Shown piece by piece: positions 31,295-40,882 of a stretch of 64,000 nucleotides of DNA. This DNA comes from Cyanobacteria bacterium P01_D01_bin.156. Its GTDB lineage: Bacteria > Cyanobacteriota > Cyanobacteriia > Phormidesmidales > Phormidesmidaceae. Made by a program: the position numbers and the translations under genes. Positions within the stretch are counted from its first letter, which is position 1, and every line of letters begins with the position of its first letter. The stretch covers positions 1-64,000 of the forward strand of contig JBCCQQ010000004.1 in NCBI GenBank assembly GCA_039024555.1. The letters are read 5' to 3'. The notes beneath the pieces are model-generated. The model did no database searches. It was not told the DNA's origin and saw only the letters and a program-made list of their open reading frames with translations.

Positions 31295-32809
31295 ATGAAC
31301 TCACCAGGGAAGAACGTTATCGTTGTCGGAGCAGGCTGGGCTGGGCTAGGAGCGACCTACCATCTAGCCAAACAGGGCTATAGCGTTACCCTGCTAGAAG
31401 CAGGTCCCCAGCCCGGTGGTTTGGTGGCTGGTTGGAAAACCCCAGGCGGACGTTCCGTGGAGGCCGGTATCCACGGCTTCTGGTATCCCTACAACAATAT
31501 TTTCTCCCTGGTGGATGAGCTGGGTATTCAACCCTTCACCCCCTACACTCGCTCTTCCCAATATTCTCCAGCCGGTCTAGAGGTAGAGTCGCCCCTATTC
31601 CAGGCCATGCCCTACCTGCCCAGTCCCCTGGGAACCTTTGTGTATACCCAGTTTAAGCGGCTGCCCCTAGCGGACCGGCTCACGGCCCTGCCTCTGCTCT
31701 ATGCTGTCATCGATTTTGATAACTCTGACGATGCCTGGAAACGCTACGACGGCATGACCGCACGGGAGCTCTTCAAACAGTATGGCGTTTCTGAACGTCT
31801 GTACAAAGAATCATTTGAACCCATGTTATTGGTGGGGCTGTTTGCCCCCGGAGAACAATGTTCGGCAGCAGCGGCCATCGGCATGCTCTACTACTTTATT
31901 TTGGCCCACCAGCCAGACTTTGATGTGCGCTGGTGTCGGGGCACCGTGGGTGAGATGATTTTTCGTCCTTGGGTAGAACAGATTGAAGCGGCTGGCGGTA
32001 AAGTCCTTGCCAACAGGCGGGTTAGCGATGTTTATGTGGAGAACAATCGTGTTACTGGCGTCGTGTGTTCGGGGGTGGATGGTGATGAACAGTTTGACGC
32101 CGATGCGGTTATTTTCTCGGTGGGTATTACGGGCATGAAGAAGATTGTGGCGGGTAGTGAGGCCCTACGCAATCGAACTGAGTTTAGAAACCTACAAAAT
32201 CTCGGCGGCATTGATGTCCTGGCCACCCGCTTGTGGTTTGACCGTAAAGTCGATGTGCCGTTGCCATCCAATGCCTGTTTTGGTTTTCATCAGACCACCG
32301 GTTGGACATTTTTTGATCTAAATGCCCTCCAGGATGAGTATAAGGATGAACCGGGCAGCGTCATCGAAGTGGACTACTACCATGCAAACCAACTCTTGCC
32401 CCTAAGCGATAGCCAAATTGTTGAGCTGACTCAAAAAGACTTAGCAGGCTGCATTCCTGCCTTTGGTGAGGCGCAGGTGATGGATCAAGCTGTGGTGAGA
32501 ATTTCCCAGGGGGTGAGCCACTTTGCACCGGGTAGCTATCGTTACTTGTTACCGGGTACAACAAGTTTTGACAACCTCTTTATGAGTGGCGATTGGATCG
32601 TCACTCGCCACGGGTCCTGGTCCCAGGAGAAGGCCTATGTGACGGGGCTAGAAGCAGCAAACCGGGTAGTTGATCTGTTGGGCACAGGAACAGAAGCTGA
32701 GATTACACCCATTGTTCCTGATGAACCCCATATTCAAGCAGCACGCGCGGTTAACACCACTGTTCGACAGATGGTTACCCAAGTCATTCCACAAATTTGG
32801 TCCTATTAA
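31295..32809 (+). CDS. FAD-dependent oxidoreductase, amine-oxidase / PDS-HpnE-like family
   Basis: VGAGWAGL, EAG...GG....W, EAGIHGFW, GDW..SQEKAYVTG..AA. Confidence 0.85.
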   Translation: MNSPGKNVIVVGAGWAGLGATYHLAKQGYSVTLLEAGPQPGGLVAGWKTPGGRSVEAGIHGFWYPYNNIFSLVDELGIQPFTPYTRSSQYSPAGLEVESPLFQAMPYLPSPLGTFVYTQFKRLPLADRLTALPLLYAVIDFDNSDDAWKRYDGMTARELFKQYGVSERLYKESFEPMLLVGLFAPGEQCSAAAAIGMLYYFILAHQPDFDVRWCRGTVGEMIFRPWVEQIEAAGGKVLANRRVSDVYVENNRVTGVVCSGVDGDEQFDADAVIFSVGITGMKKIVAGSEALRNRTEFRNLQNLGGIDVLATRLWFDRKVDVPLPSNACFGFHQTTGWTFFDLNALQDEYKDEPGSVIEVDYYHANQLLPLSDSQIVELTQKDLAGCIPAFGEAQVMDQAVVRISQGVSHFAPGSYRYLLPGTTSFDNLFMSGDWIVTRHGSWSQEKAYVTGLEAANRVVDLLGTGTEAEITPIVPDEPHIQAARAVNTTVRQMVTQVIPQIWSY

Positions 32810-32974
32810 GGATACAAGTTTGTCCTTGTGCCTTTGTAGCAAACTTGGAGGTGATCCGGGCTACAAAGGCTTCTATCCTTAAGCGCCTAGAACTTTATGC
32901 GATCTTCATCAGTCTCTATCTGTAAGCTTCTAACCACGGGCGTATGGGTAGCTAAGGTCTTGGAGAATTAAGCT

Positions 32975-33091
32975 ATGAATACGGTTATGTTGTTGGCAAC
33001 TCTGGAAATTTGTAACTTTATTGGCGGCTGCGCCTGGTTGGAAACTGCGATCGCATTTGTGCAAGAGTGGGTTTCTAAAATCACAGTCTAA
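32975..33091 (+). CDS. Candidate small hydrophobic protein (38 aa)
   Basis: MNTVMLLATLEICNFIGGCAWLETAIAFVQEWVSKITV; GGAG about 9 nt upstream; contains a HIP1 site. Confidence 0.35.
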   Translation: MNTVMLLATLEICNFIGGCAWLETAIAFVQEWVSKITV

Positions 33092-33226
33092 GGGCTCGCT
33101 CAATTCGATGTCGTTGCTGATTTAGCGAATAAAACGATCGATAAAACTGTCTATAGTTCTGGATATAAAAGCGAACATTCTGTCGGGAATCAGCAACGCT
33201 AATTTAACCGACTATATAAACACCAG

Positions 33227-33269
33227 CAGGGCATAGAGGTCGCAAACCTCCCATGCCCTGTTTATTTTT
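33227..33269 (+). terminator. Intrinsic terminator
   Basis: cagggcat..gaggt/acctc..atgccctg followed by tttattttt. Confidence 0.6.
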
Positions 33270-33273
33270 CACC

Positions 33274-33744
33274 TCACGCCCAAGCATATTTCATATGGAG
33301 CAGCGCTACCTTCTTTTGCTCCCAATTAACCCTAGATTCCACAGCATAGGGAACAAAACCTAGTCCTGCGTATAGCAACAATGCCGGAGTATTGTTATTG
33401 AACACTGATATATGGGGAGTCGCCTGATACTTGGTTTGACAGATTTCCATCATGTGTTGAATCAGCGCTTTGCCTATCCCTTTCCCACGGTAATCTTTTG
33501 TAACAATTACATTTCCAATAAACGCAGACTGTTGGGGCACTAAGTCATACAGATCTGCAAAAGCAACAACAGCTGAATCGACAATGCCGACGGTTAATTC
33601 ATGACGCTGGCTGGCAATAGCCGCCAACTGTTGAACATCCCAAGGATAGCGACCGGTTGGGTACACCAAATAAAGTTCTTCTGGAGACGTGACCAGGTGG
33701 CCAATCGCCTTATAGTGATTTTCTGTTGCTGGGATAAATTCCAT
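33274..33744 (-). CDS. GNAT family N-acetyltransferase
   Basis: IGNVIV...YRGKGIG, N.PALLLY..LGF. Confidence 0.85.
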   Translation of the reverse strand: MEFIPATENHYKAIGHLVTSPEELYLVYPTGRYPWDVQQLAAIASQRHELTVGIVDSAVVAFADLYDLVPQQSAFIGNVIVTKDYRGKGIGKALIQHMMEICQTKYQATPHISVFNNNTPALLLYAGLGFVPYAVESRVNWEQKKVALLHMKYAWA

Positions 33745-33941
33745 TGATAAGTCTATAGCTAAGCTCAAAGACACCAAGCCCAACAGCTATGATACTTTCG
33801 GCTTTGAAAACTGCTCCAAAGGATAGGGCTAATGAATCAATTTTGGGCACTCTGTCCTGAGCCATCATCTACAATTCTTGCGAAGGGTCTGCCCAGAAAG
33901 CCAGTACAGTATCCACAAACATCTACCACATCTACCGAGCA

Positions 33942-36188
33942 ATGGCACATGAACGTCGATGGTATGCCAGTTATTGGATACAGGCCGGTTGTCTGGCCAT
34001 TTGTTTTTTTCTTACGGCGCAGCTATCGACTACGGCCTTAAATATTGAAGCAGCGGCATCTCCTCTGTGGCCCCCGGCCGGTATTGCCTTGACTGGCCTT
34101 CTGCTCTTGGGTTCTCGCTTATGGATCGGTGTAGCTTTGGGAGCATTTTGGGCCTCATTGGCAGACCAGGTGCCGCTAGGATTATCCACAGTGCTGTGCC
34201 TAGGCAGTGCTCTGCAAGCACTGGTGGGCAGCTACTTGCTCCGTCGTCGCTGGGAGCGCAGTTTTCAGATGTACGACTGGCAGCTGGAGGACTTACTCAC
34301 ATTCTTAGGTCTAGGAGTGCTGCTGACTCCTATGATCAATGCGGTTTACAGCACCACGGTCGGATATATTTTTGGGGTACTGCAGGCTCAGGAGCTCGTA
34401 AACAATGCCATTGTCATCTGGCTCGGAGACGGCATGGGCATTCTCGTCCTGACGCCTTTTTTACTAGCCCTTGCCGTTGGCTGGAAACATGCCATCACCC
34501 TACGCATTGCTCCCCGCTGGGAATTAGGACTTTGTTTGGGGTCACTCGTGGTAGTCAGCGCCATTGTATTTGGGGCACAAACCGATAGCGCGATCGCAAA
34601 ATATCCCCTAGAGTATCTCCCCTTTCCCTTTGTGGTTTGGGCGGCTTTACGATTGGGGCTACGCGGCACCACACTCGCCAGCTTTTTAGTGTCGGTCATT
34701 GCCGTCATCGGCGCAGTCCATCGCGGGGGGCCGTTTATTACCAAAGCAGGTGGAAATCTCGGTGAAGCCATCCTGCTGTTGCAGAGCTACGCTGCGGTTA
34801 TCAGCATCACTGCCCTAGTTCTGTCGGTGGTGGTTACAGAACGACAGCAAAGCAAAGTCAAACTAGCCAGAAGTGAAGCTAGTTTGGCCAATGCCCAACG
34901 GATTGCTCAGCTGGGTAACTGGGACTGGAGCCTCGGCATCAATGAAAAACTAATTGAGAAAACCCTCAAAAAATTTCCTCAAAAAACAGGAGAAAACAAT
35001 CATTCCGACCACACACTATCCTGGTCCAATGAGCTGTATACCCTGTTGGGGTACCCCATCGGTGCCGTCCCTCCCAGTCAGTCTTTATTTTTAGAACGGG
35101 TACACCCAGAAGATCAAAGACGGGTGGGCCTAGCCTGGAATGTAGCCCGCACCCACCATCGTCCCTATCGCCTGGACTATCGCTTATCGTTGCCCGATGG
35201 CACAGAACGAACGGTTAATGAACAGGTGCACATCGAATCAGATCGCATTACTGGGACCGTGCAAGATATTACCGAGCGCAAACGAGTGGAGGCGGCGCTG
35301 CGAGAGACCGAAGCACTGCGGGCAACCATGTACCGCTACTTGAGCCAGGACCTAGCCGAACAGTTACTGGAAAGCAACAACACTAAGCTGGGGGGAGCTA
35401 GACGGTTTGTGTCCATCTTGTTTGCCGACATCCGCAGCTACACCTCACTCACAGAGCAGCTTACGCCTGAAGAAGTTGTGGCCCTATTAAATCGCTATTT
35501 TGAAACCATGGTGGACGTGATTTTTGACCACCGTGGCACCCTAGATAAATTTATTGGGGATGCCATTATGGCAGTGTTTGGGTCTCCCATTCCCCAGGAA
35601 GACCATGCTCAACAGGCGGTAGCCACAGCCCTGGATATGCAAACACACTTGGAGCAGTTTAATCAAAAGCAGCAGCAACAGGGGTTATCCACCCTGCAAA
35701 TTGGTATCGGCATCAATTCCGATGATGTGATTACGGGCAACATTGGCTCCAGTAAGCGGATGGAGTTTACGGCCATTGGCGATGGTGTAAACCTGACATC
35801 CCGTATAGAGAGTGCAACAAAACTATATGGCTGCTCCATCATTATTAGCGAGAATACCTACAGCCTATGTCGAGACGCCATCTGGGTAAGAGAATTGGAC
35901 TATGTGTGTGTAAAAGGGAAACGGCAGCCGGTCAAGCTATATGAGGTATTAGGATTGCGATCGCAGCCTCTCCCTCCTGAACAACAGCAACAGATTGCTC
36001 TTTATGGAAAGGGTCGAGCCCTTTACCAGCAGCGTCAATTTGCCCTGGCCATTGATACCTTCAGTACATTACTCCGACAGGTTCCCGACGATCAGGCCAC
36101 TCGCCTGTACATCAACCGTTGCCGACAGCTACAGGACTCTCCTCCAGAGCAAAATTGGGACGGTTCTTGGCAGTTACAAGAAAAATAG
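33942..36188 (+). CDS. Class III adenylate cyclase with MASE1 and PAS domains
   Basis: MASE1 (LWPPAGIAL, WLGD.MG.L..TP), PAS (AQRIAQLGNW, VHPEDQ), cyclase (FADIRSYT, DKFIGDAIM, FTAIGDGVN..SRIE). Confidence 0.92.
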   Translation: MAHERRWYASYWIQAGCLAICFFLTAQLSTTALNIEAAASPLWPPAGIALTGLLLLGSRLWIGVALGAFWASLADQVPLGLSTVLCLGSALQALVGSYLLRRRWERSFQMYDWQLEDLLTFLGLGVLLTPMINAVYSTTVGYIFGVLQAQELVNNAIVIWLGDGMGILVLTPFLLALAVGWKHAITLRIAPRWELGLCLGSLVVVSAIVFGAQTDSAIAKYPLEYLPFPFVVWAALRLGLRGTTLASFLVSVIAVIGAVHRGGPFITKAGGNLGEAILLLQSYAAVISITALVLSVVVTERQQSKVKLARSEASLANAQRIAQLGNWDWSLGINEKLIEKTLKKFPQKTGENNHSDHTLSWSNELYTLLGYPIGAVPPSQSLFLERVHPEDQRRVGLAWNVARTHHRPYRLDYRLSLPDGTERTVNEQVHIESDRITGTVQDITERKRVEAALRETEALRATMYRYLSQDLAEQLLESNNTKLGGARRFVSILFADIRSYTSLTEQLTPEEVVALLNRYFETMVDVIFDHRGTLDKFIGDAIMAVFGSPIPQEDHAQQAVATALDMQTHLEQFNQKQQQQGLSTLQIGIGINSDDVITGNIGSSKRMEFTAIGDGVNLTSRIESATKLYGCSIIISENTYSLCRDAIWVRELDYVCVKGKRQPVKLYEVLGLRSQPLPPEQQQQIALYGKGRALYQQRQFALAIDTFSTLLRQVPDDQATRLYINRCRQLQDSPPEQNWDGSWQLQEK

Positions 36189-36226
36189 TTATGCCGTATC
36201 AGCAGATATTGGCAACGCTCTCTTGC

Positions 36227-37156
36227 CTAGGCCAATTTGCAAATTGTTTCTCCACCATTTTCAATCCAGCCATAGATCATGCCGGAGGTAGAATGCCCCG
36301 CTGCACATTTACCGGCCCGATCCACAACAATCACACCGCCCAAACCTTGCACCTTCTGTTTTAGGTACTCAATCCCAGCCGTAGCTGCAGCTTGGGCATC
36401 AAGATCCTGAAAATAAACGAAATCAGCAATCATCTTACTCAACACGGTTCGTTGAAATTGCTCCCCATATCCTGTAGCTGAGACTGCACAGGTGTCATTA
36501 TCAGCAAACACGCCAGCGCCAACAATGGGACTATCTCCCACCCGTCCCCACCGCTTATTGACAATCCCGCCGGTAGAGGTGGCCGCCGCCAAATTTCCTT
36601 GAATGTCTCTCGCAGCGGCCCCAATGGTGCCATACTTCTGACTAGGCTTCGCCGCTTCATGGTCGAGCATCATGCCACCCATTTTCTGGGCTTCACGCCA
36701 TTGGCGAACACGGGTGTCGATCACAAAATAGTCGTTGGTCATCCGGGGCAAGCCACAAAACTTGGCAAATTCACGGGCCCCTTTACCAATCAACATTACA
36801 TGTTCACTTTTCTCCAACACCTGACGGGCCAACCGAGTTGGATTTTTAATCGAGGTAATTCCAGCAACCGCCCCTGCATCAAAGGTCTTGCCATCCATAA
36901 TGGCCGCATCCATTTCCACCTCACCATATTCATTAAGTACAGACCCTCGACCCGCATTGTAAAGCGGATCATCTTCTAGCAAAGCTGCACAGTGCTCCAC
37001 CGCATCTAAGGCACTTCCACCCTCTGCCAGAATGTGGCGACCGCTTTCTAAAATACGATGCATACTCGCGATAAAATCTGCTTCATTTCCCTCTCGTTTA
37101 ATTTGCTCCAAAGCACCTGCACCGCCATGGATAATGAGAGAAAAATCACTTGCCAT
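36227..37156 (-). CDS. iaaA: Isoaspartyl peptidase / L-asparaginase (Ntn hydrolase)
   Basis: IHGGAG, NAG.GS, EMDA.IM, GTIGA (nucleophile Thr), TSTGG, GRVGDSP, SATG.GE. Confidence 0.93.
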   Translation of the reverse strand: MASDFSLIIHGGAGALEQIKREGNEADFIASMHRILESGRHILAEGGSALDAVEHCAALLEDDPLYNAGRGSVLNEYGEVEMDAAIMDGKTFDAGAVAGITSIKNPTRLARQVLEKSEHVMLIGKGAREFAKFCGLPRMTNDYFVIDTRVRQWREAQKMGGMMLDHEAAKPSQKYGTIGAAARDIQGNLAAATSTGGIVNKRWGRVGDSPIVGAGVFADNDTCAVSATGYGEQFQRTVLSKMIADFVYFQDLDAQAAATAGIEYLKQKVQGLGGVIVVDRAGKCAAGHSTSGMIYGWIENGGETICKLA

Positions 37157-37296
37157 AACTCAATATAATGCAACAAAAAGAAAAGTAACCGAAAACCATT
37201 GCTAGCAGGCAGCTTCAGGAGATTTCACCTCAGATCTGGTTACGTTGGCTACAGAAGTATCCCATAATAGATAGGCTGAAGTCAGCATTTTTAGCC

Positions 37297-37611
37297 ATGA
37301 ATTCTCTTCAAACCCTAAGTCCAAACAATTTTTCAGTCGAGGAGTATACATCTCTCACTCTAGAAATGGCTGAATTAGAAAGTTTTCGCATTAGAACAGA
37401 ACTTATGCTGGTGCTACGGCGCTTTATCCAGCAGGAACAGTGGACATTGGAAGAAGCTGCACGGGCTTTCCGTCAGTCTTCACCTCGTATGCAAAACTTG
37501 ATTAATGGTGAGATCAGCCGTTTTTCTGTAGAAGACCTCGTTCAGCTTCTAACTAGGGCCGGATTGACTGTAAATATATCCGTTAATATCTCATCGGCAG
37601 CTCCTGTCTAG
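37297..37611 (+). CDS. XRE-family HTH protein (HTH_37 / HigA-like)
   Basis: T.EEAA.......PRM.NL..G.ISRFS.E.L...L..AG. Confidence 0.75.
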   Translation: MNSLQTLSPNNFSVEEYTSLTLEMAELESFRIRTELMLVLRRFIQQEQWTLEEAARAFRQSSPRMQNLINGEISRFSVEDLVQLLTRAGLTVNISVNISSAAPV

Positions 37612-37698
37612 AGTCTTGCATCATAGCCCTTAAATTGAGGAACCTAGCATCCCTAAGGAAGCTGACTACTCAGTGAATACTCAATAAGACGATTATTC

Positions 37699-37742
37699 TT
37701 CTACTGAGGACATCTAAGATTTTTCAGATGTCCTCAGTAGAA
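37699..37742. terminator. 17-bp perfect inverted repeat
   Basis: ttctactgaggacatct...agatgtcctcagtagaa. Confidence 0.6.
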
Positions 37743-38276
37743 TGTTTCCAAGTTGGCATAGCCAAAACAAACGCTTCAGTTCATTCTTAGAACAATCCAA
37801 AGCATCCGTCGGAGTATTGTTTTACAAGTTTTGATGTTTAATGTCACAAGATCAGGACATTATAAGTCTTGTCATGTATTTAATTTGTTTTGACAGGTAA
37901 AACTCAGAAGCTAAAGTATCTCTTTATCTTTCAGAAATATTGCTGTTCTAGCTGGGTTTGCGTCTCAGAATACTTGCTCGGCTTGCGGCATCTGCAGAAA
38001 GGTTCACTGCAAAACCCTCAGGAATATCCAAATTAATTAACATTCTGATGTTGCACTGACGACAGGTATCGCTCATGCTGTTGGCGTAGTTGGAGATTCG
38101 TATCTTTAGATACTTAATTTTCCTCTGCGCGCTAGTATTAGAGCTGTTGGGTTGTGATTAATTATTTATTCTCCACTTGGTCTACTAAGACCTGAATTTT
38201 GCAGTAGAGAAAATGTCAAATCCCTTTTCTGATGAGGTTTGGCTGTTCAATTTTTATTATTCTGAGAGTTCTCAAA

Positions 38277-39395
38277 ATGAAGATTTTTAACCACGACATC
38301 ACCTTAAGTACCCTAGATTCTAATCCAGGCATTCATCTCTTCTCTGCACGAGGAATCGGGTTGAGTGCTCCAGGTGATGTGGTTCAGCTGCATCCAAACC
38401 TAGCTGTAGATTGGCCAGCCGTCAGGGAGCACTACGAGCGCATTGGCTTGGCACACAGCCATAACATTCTCTGGACTACTGACTTTAATGTACTAAAGCA
38501 ACAACCCTCCGACAACATATCTGTTTACTTCTTTGGGCACGCATTTGATCATAAACGTAACTGTGCCCAAATGCTGAGAGACTTGGATACTGAATGGTAC
38601 CAAGTCGTGCAACACATGAATTCTAAAAACAAATTTGTGGAGTTGGCCCATGAACTAGGGGTGGCCGTTCCACCCACACAATGTTTTAATCATCGCGGTG
38701 AGCTTGGTAACCTGGAAGCCTTTGCCTATCCATGCTACGTAAAGCTAGCTGTGTCTGACCATGGCGTGGGCATTTGTCGCTGTGAGAATTCGGCTGATCT
38801 ATTGGCGGCCATAGAACAGTTTCCCCAGGATAAACCGTTCCAGATCCAGGCTGAGATCCAGGCCTTGGCATTTCTTAATCTTCAGTATCGGATAACGTCC
38901 CAAGGCTTAGAACGCGTATTAGTATCTGAACAAATTTTAGATGGCTGTGTTCATGGGGGAAATCGTTATCCCACATTGCACCAACCGTGGCATGTGGTGG
39001 AGCCCATGGCCCAATGGATGTATGACCATGGGATGAAAGGAACGTTTGGTTTTGACGTGGCAGTTGTAGATACTCCGGACGGTGTGGATTATCTGGCTAT
39101 TGAATGTAATCCTCGATTTAATGGGTCTTCTTATCCAACAGAAATGGCAAAGCGGTTGGAGATTGACTCCTGGTGTAGTGAAACTCTCCATGTCGATTGC
39201 CATAGCCTGCACGATTTAAATCTTGAAGAGCTAGAGTTCAACCCCACAACTAAAACAGGGATTGTGTTGGTAAATTGGGGCACCATCCAAGTTGGGAAGC
39301 TAACCGTGTTGCTAGCAGGGAGCCCTGAACAACAAACAGTATTGAGTCAAGCGATGAGAACTCGGTGGAGTCGTAAAACTGTTTTTGCAGGGTAA
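38277..39395 (+). CDS. ATP-grasp domain protein
   Basis: NSK..F..LA..LGV.VP, YPCYVK, G.G, FQIQ, FGFD, IECNPRFNGS. Confidence 0.85.
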   Translation: MKIFNHDITLSTLDSNPGIHLFSARGIGLSAPGDVVQLHPNLAVDWPAVREHYERIGLAHSHNILWTTDFNVLKQQPSDNISVYFFGHAFDHKRNCAQMLRDLDTEWYQVVQHMNSKNKFVELAHELGVAVPPTQCFNHRGELGNLEAFAYPCYVKLAVSDHGVGICRCENSADLLAAIEQFPQDKPFQIQAEIQALAFLNLQYRITSQGLERVLVSEQILDGCVHGGNRYPTLHQPWHVVEPMAQWMYDHGMKGTFGFDVAVVDTPDGVDYLAIECNPRFNGSSYPTEMAKRLEIDSWCSETLHVDCHSLHDLNLEELEFNPTTKTGIVLVNWGTIQVGKLTVLLAGSPEQQTVLSQAMRTRWSRKTVFAG

Positions 39396-39485
39396 AATTA
39401 GTAAGCGATTATTTTCTCCTGCAGGCTCATTCCTGCAGGAGAAAATAATGGTCAGGAAAAGTATCAGCAATACCCAATGGGAGAA

Positions 39486-40136
39486 TCACTCCAACCGTTG
39501 TTTACGCTGTAGGATTCCGGTAAGAATGGCCAGGGCAAATGCGCCCAGAATCGCAAATACTAGTAACAACCTACCCCCTTCTAGCAAGCCCGCTCCTAGA
39601 GCAACAATGGGAGGGTTAGAAATGGCAATGCTTAGGATAAGAGCAGGGATAAATCGCCACCAGTTTGCTTGGGTAAGGCCAACGCCGTAGGCAACAAAAT
39701 CAAAAAACCCCGTCATTAGAAACGCTGTCATCAGAAAGAAATTGTGCTCTAGATGCTTCTGGCTGAGGCTATCGACACGGGTAATAAATTTTTCTCCTAT
39801 CAGCCGCTTAACAAAGTCACGCCCAAACTGTCTTGATAGAAAAAAGCTTAGACTGCAAGAACACAGATCGGCTAGGCAAATGACCAACAGTCCTTGGGAA
39901 AAGCCTAAAAGCCCTCCCGCCAGTACAGAATAGGCCGTGCCGGGTAAAGCAGGAACGACAACGCTAGTAAAACGCAAGAAGAATAATGCCAGAGGAGCCC
40001 ACACTCCTAAGCTTTCTACACTGGCACGCAGTTGACTAATGCCATAGCGCTGCAGGAGGACGACTATGAATATGACAGCGACCACAAGTCCTGCTAATTT
40101 GAGCCACTTTATCCATTTACGATTGTTTTGAGCCAT
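39486..40136 (-). CDS. TVP38/TMEM64 (DedA superfamily) membrane protein
   Basis: PALPGT..S.LAG.LLGF..G, SFFLSR.FGR, FDFV.YG.GL. Confidence 0.88.
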   Translation of the reverse strand: MAQNNRKWIKWLKLAGLVVAVIFIVVLLQRYGISQLRASVESLGVWAPLALFFLRFTSVVVPALPGTAYSVLAGGLLGFSQGLLVICLADLCSCSLSFFLSRQFGRDFVKRLIGEKFITRVDSLSQKHLEHNFFLMTAFLMTGFFDFVAYGVGLTQANWWRFIPALILSIAISNPPIVALGAGLLEGGRLLLVFAILGAFALAILTGILQRKQRLE

Positions 40137-40142
40137 TCGTTC

Positions 40143-40718
40143 TTAATAGGGCCAGGGGCTTTCATAGCTTACCGGCTGAACCCGAGGAACCGAACGACGG
40201 GTTTTAGGGGCAGGTTTATTCTGAGCGACAGCAGAAACTTCTTGAAACGCTTCCTGCATAATCGGTGAGAGCCTAGGCTCCTGGGAGGTGGTCTGACGGC
40301 TACGCCCTTTATTAATTTCGCGAATCCGCCGAGAAAGCATACGAATAATGTTTACAGCAATACCCGGAGTTTCATCAATGGCCTCATAGAGCTGCTGCTG
40401 AGTGAGCATCAAACAGTCACAGGGGGTCATGGTGGTAACAGATGCCGAGCGGGGCTCTGCATCAAATAAAGACATTTCCCCAAAGCAGGTGCCTTTTTCC
40501 AGGGTGGTCAGGTTTTGCGATCGCAAATGGACCCGCACCCGCCCAGACACCACAATATACAGTGCACGCCCCTCCTCTCCTTCAGTAAAAATCCGATGAT
40601 TCGTTGGAAATGAAAGCTCATCCATAATGGAGGCCAATCTCACCAGAAAGTCATCCCGTAGCTCCTTAAAAATAGGAACCGCACGCACGAACAATAACCG
40701 GTCAACGCTGGTGAGCAT
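40143..40718 (-). CDS. Cyclic-nucleotide-binding domain protein
   Basis: IF.EGE.G..LYIV.SG.V, FGEMSLFD..PRSASV. Confidence 0.9.
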   Translation of the reverse strand: MLTSVDRLLFVRAVPIFKELRDDFLVRLASIMDELSFPTNHRIFTEGEEGRALYIVVSGRVRVHLRSQNLTTLEKGTCFGEMSLFDAEPRSASVTTMTPCDCLMLTQQQLYEAIDETPGIAVNIIRMLSRRIREINKGRSRQTTSQEPRLSPIMQEAFQEVSAVAQNKPAPKTRRSVPRVQPVSYESPWPY

Positions 40719-40882
40719 AATGAACTAAGGAGGCTGCTATGGCCAAAGAATAGATGGGATTGAGCAAAAGCTGCTGTTTAGTTATGGAAGTTTATACTTC
40801 CCCAAAGTGGATGCAAGCTAGCGGAGAATCCTGTCTACCTGGAACATACCCAGATTATGGACAGTTTGCTCATCGGATGCGA

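Noticed and set aside
34067..34771. Short ORFs nested in or antisense to well-supported genes (here and throughout the track)
   Set aside because: Shadow frames with no motif or RBS support.
37239..37252. NtcA-like box between iaaA and the HTH gene
   Set aside because: One mismatch and no correctly spaced -10 on either strand.
37620..38276. Precursor peptide for the ATP-grasp enzyme (graspetide-like)
   Set aside because: Only 20-30 aa ORFs without RBS or microviridin-type motifs were found.
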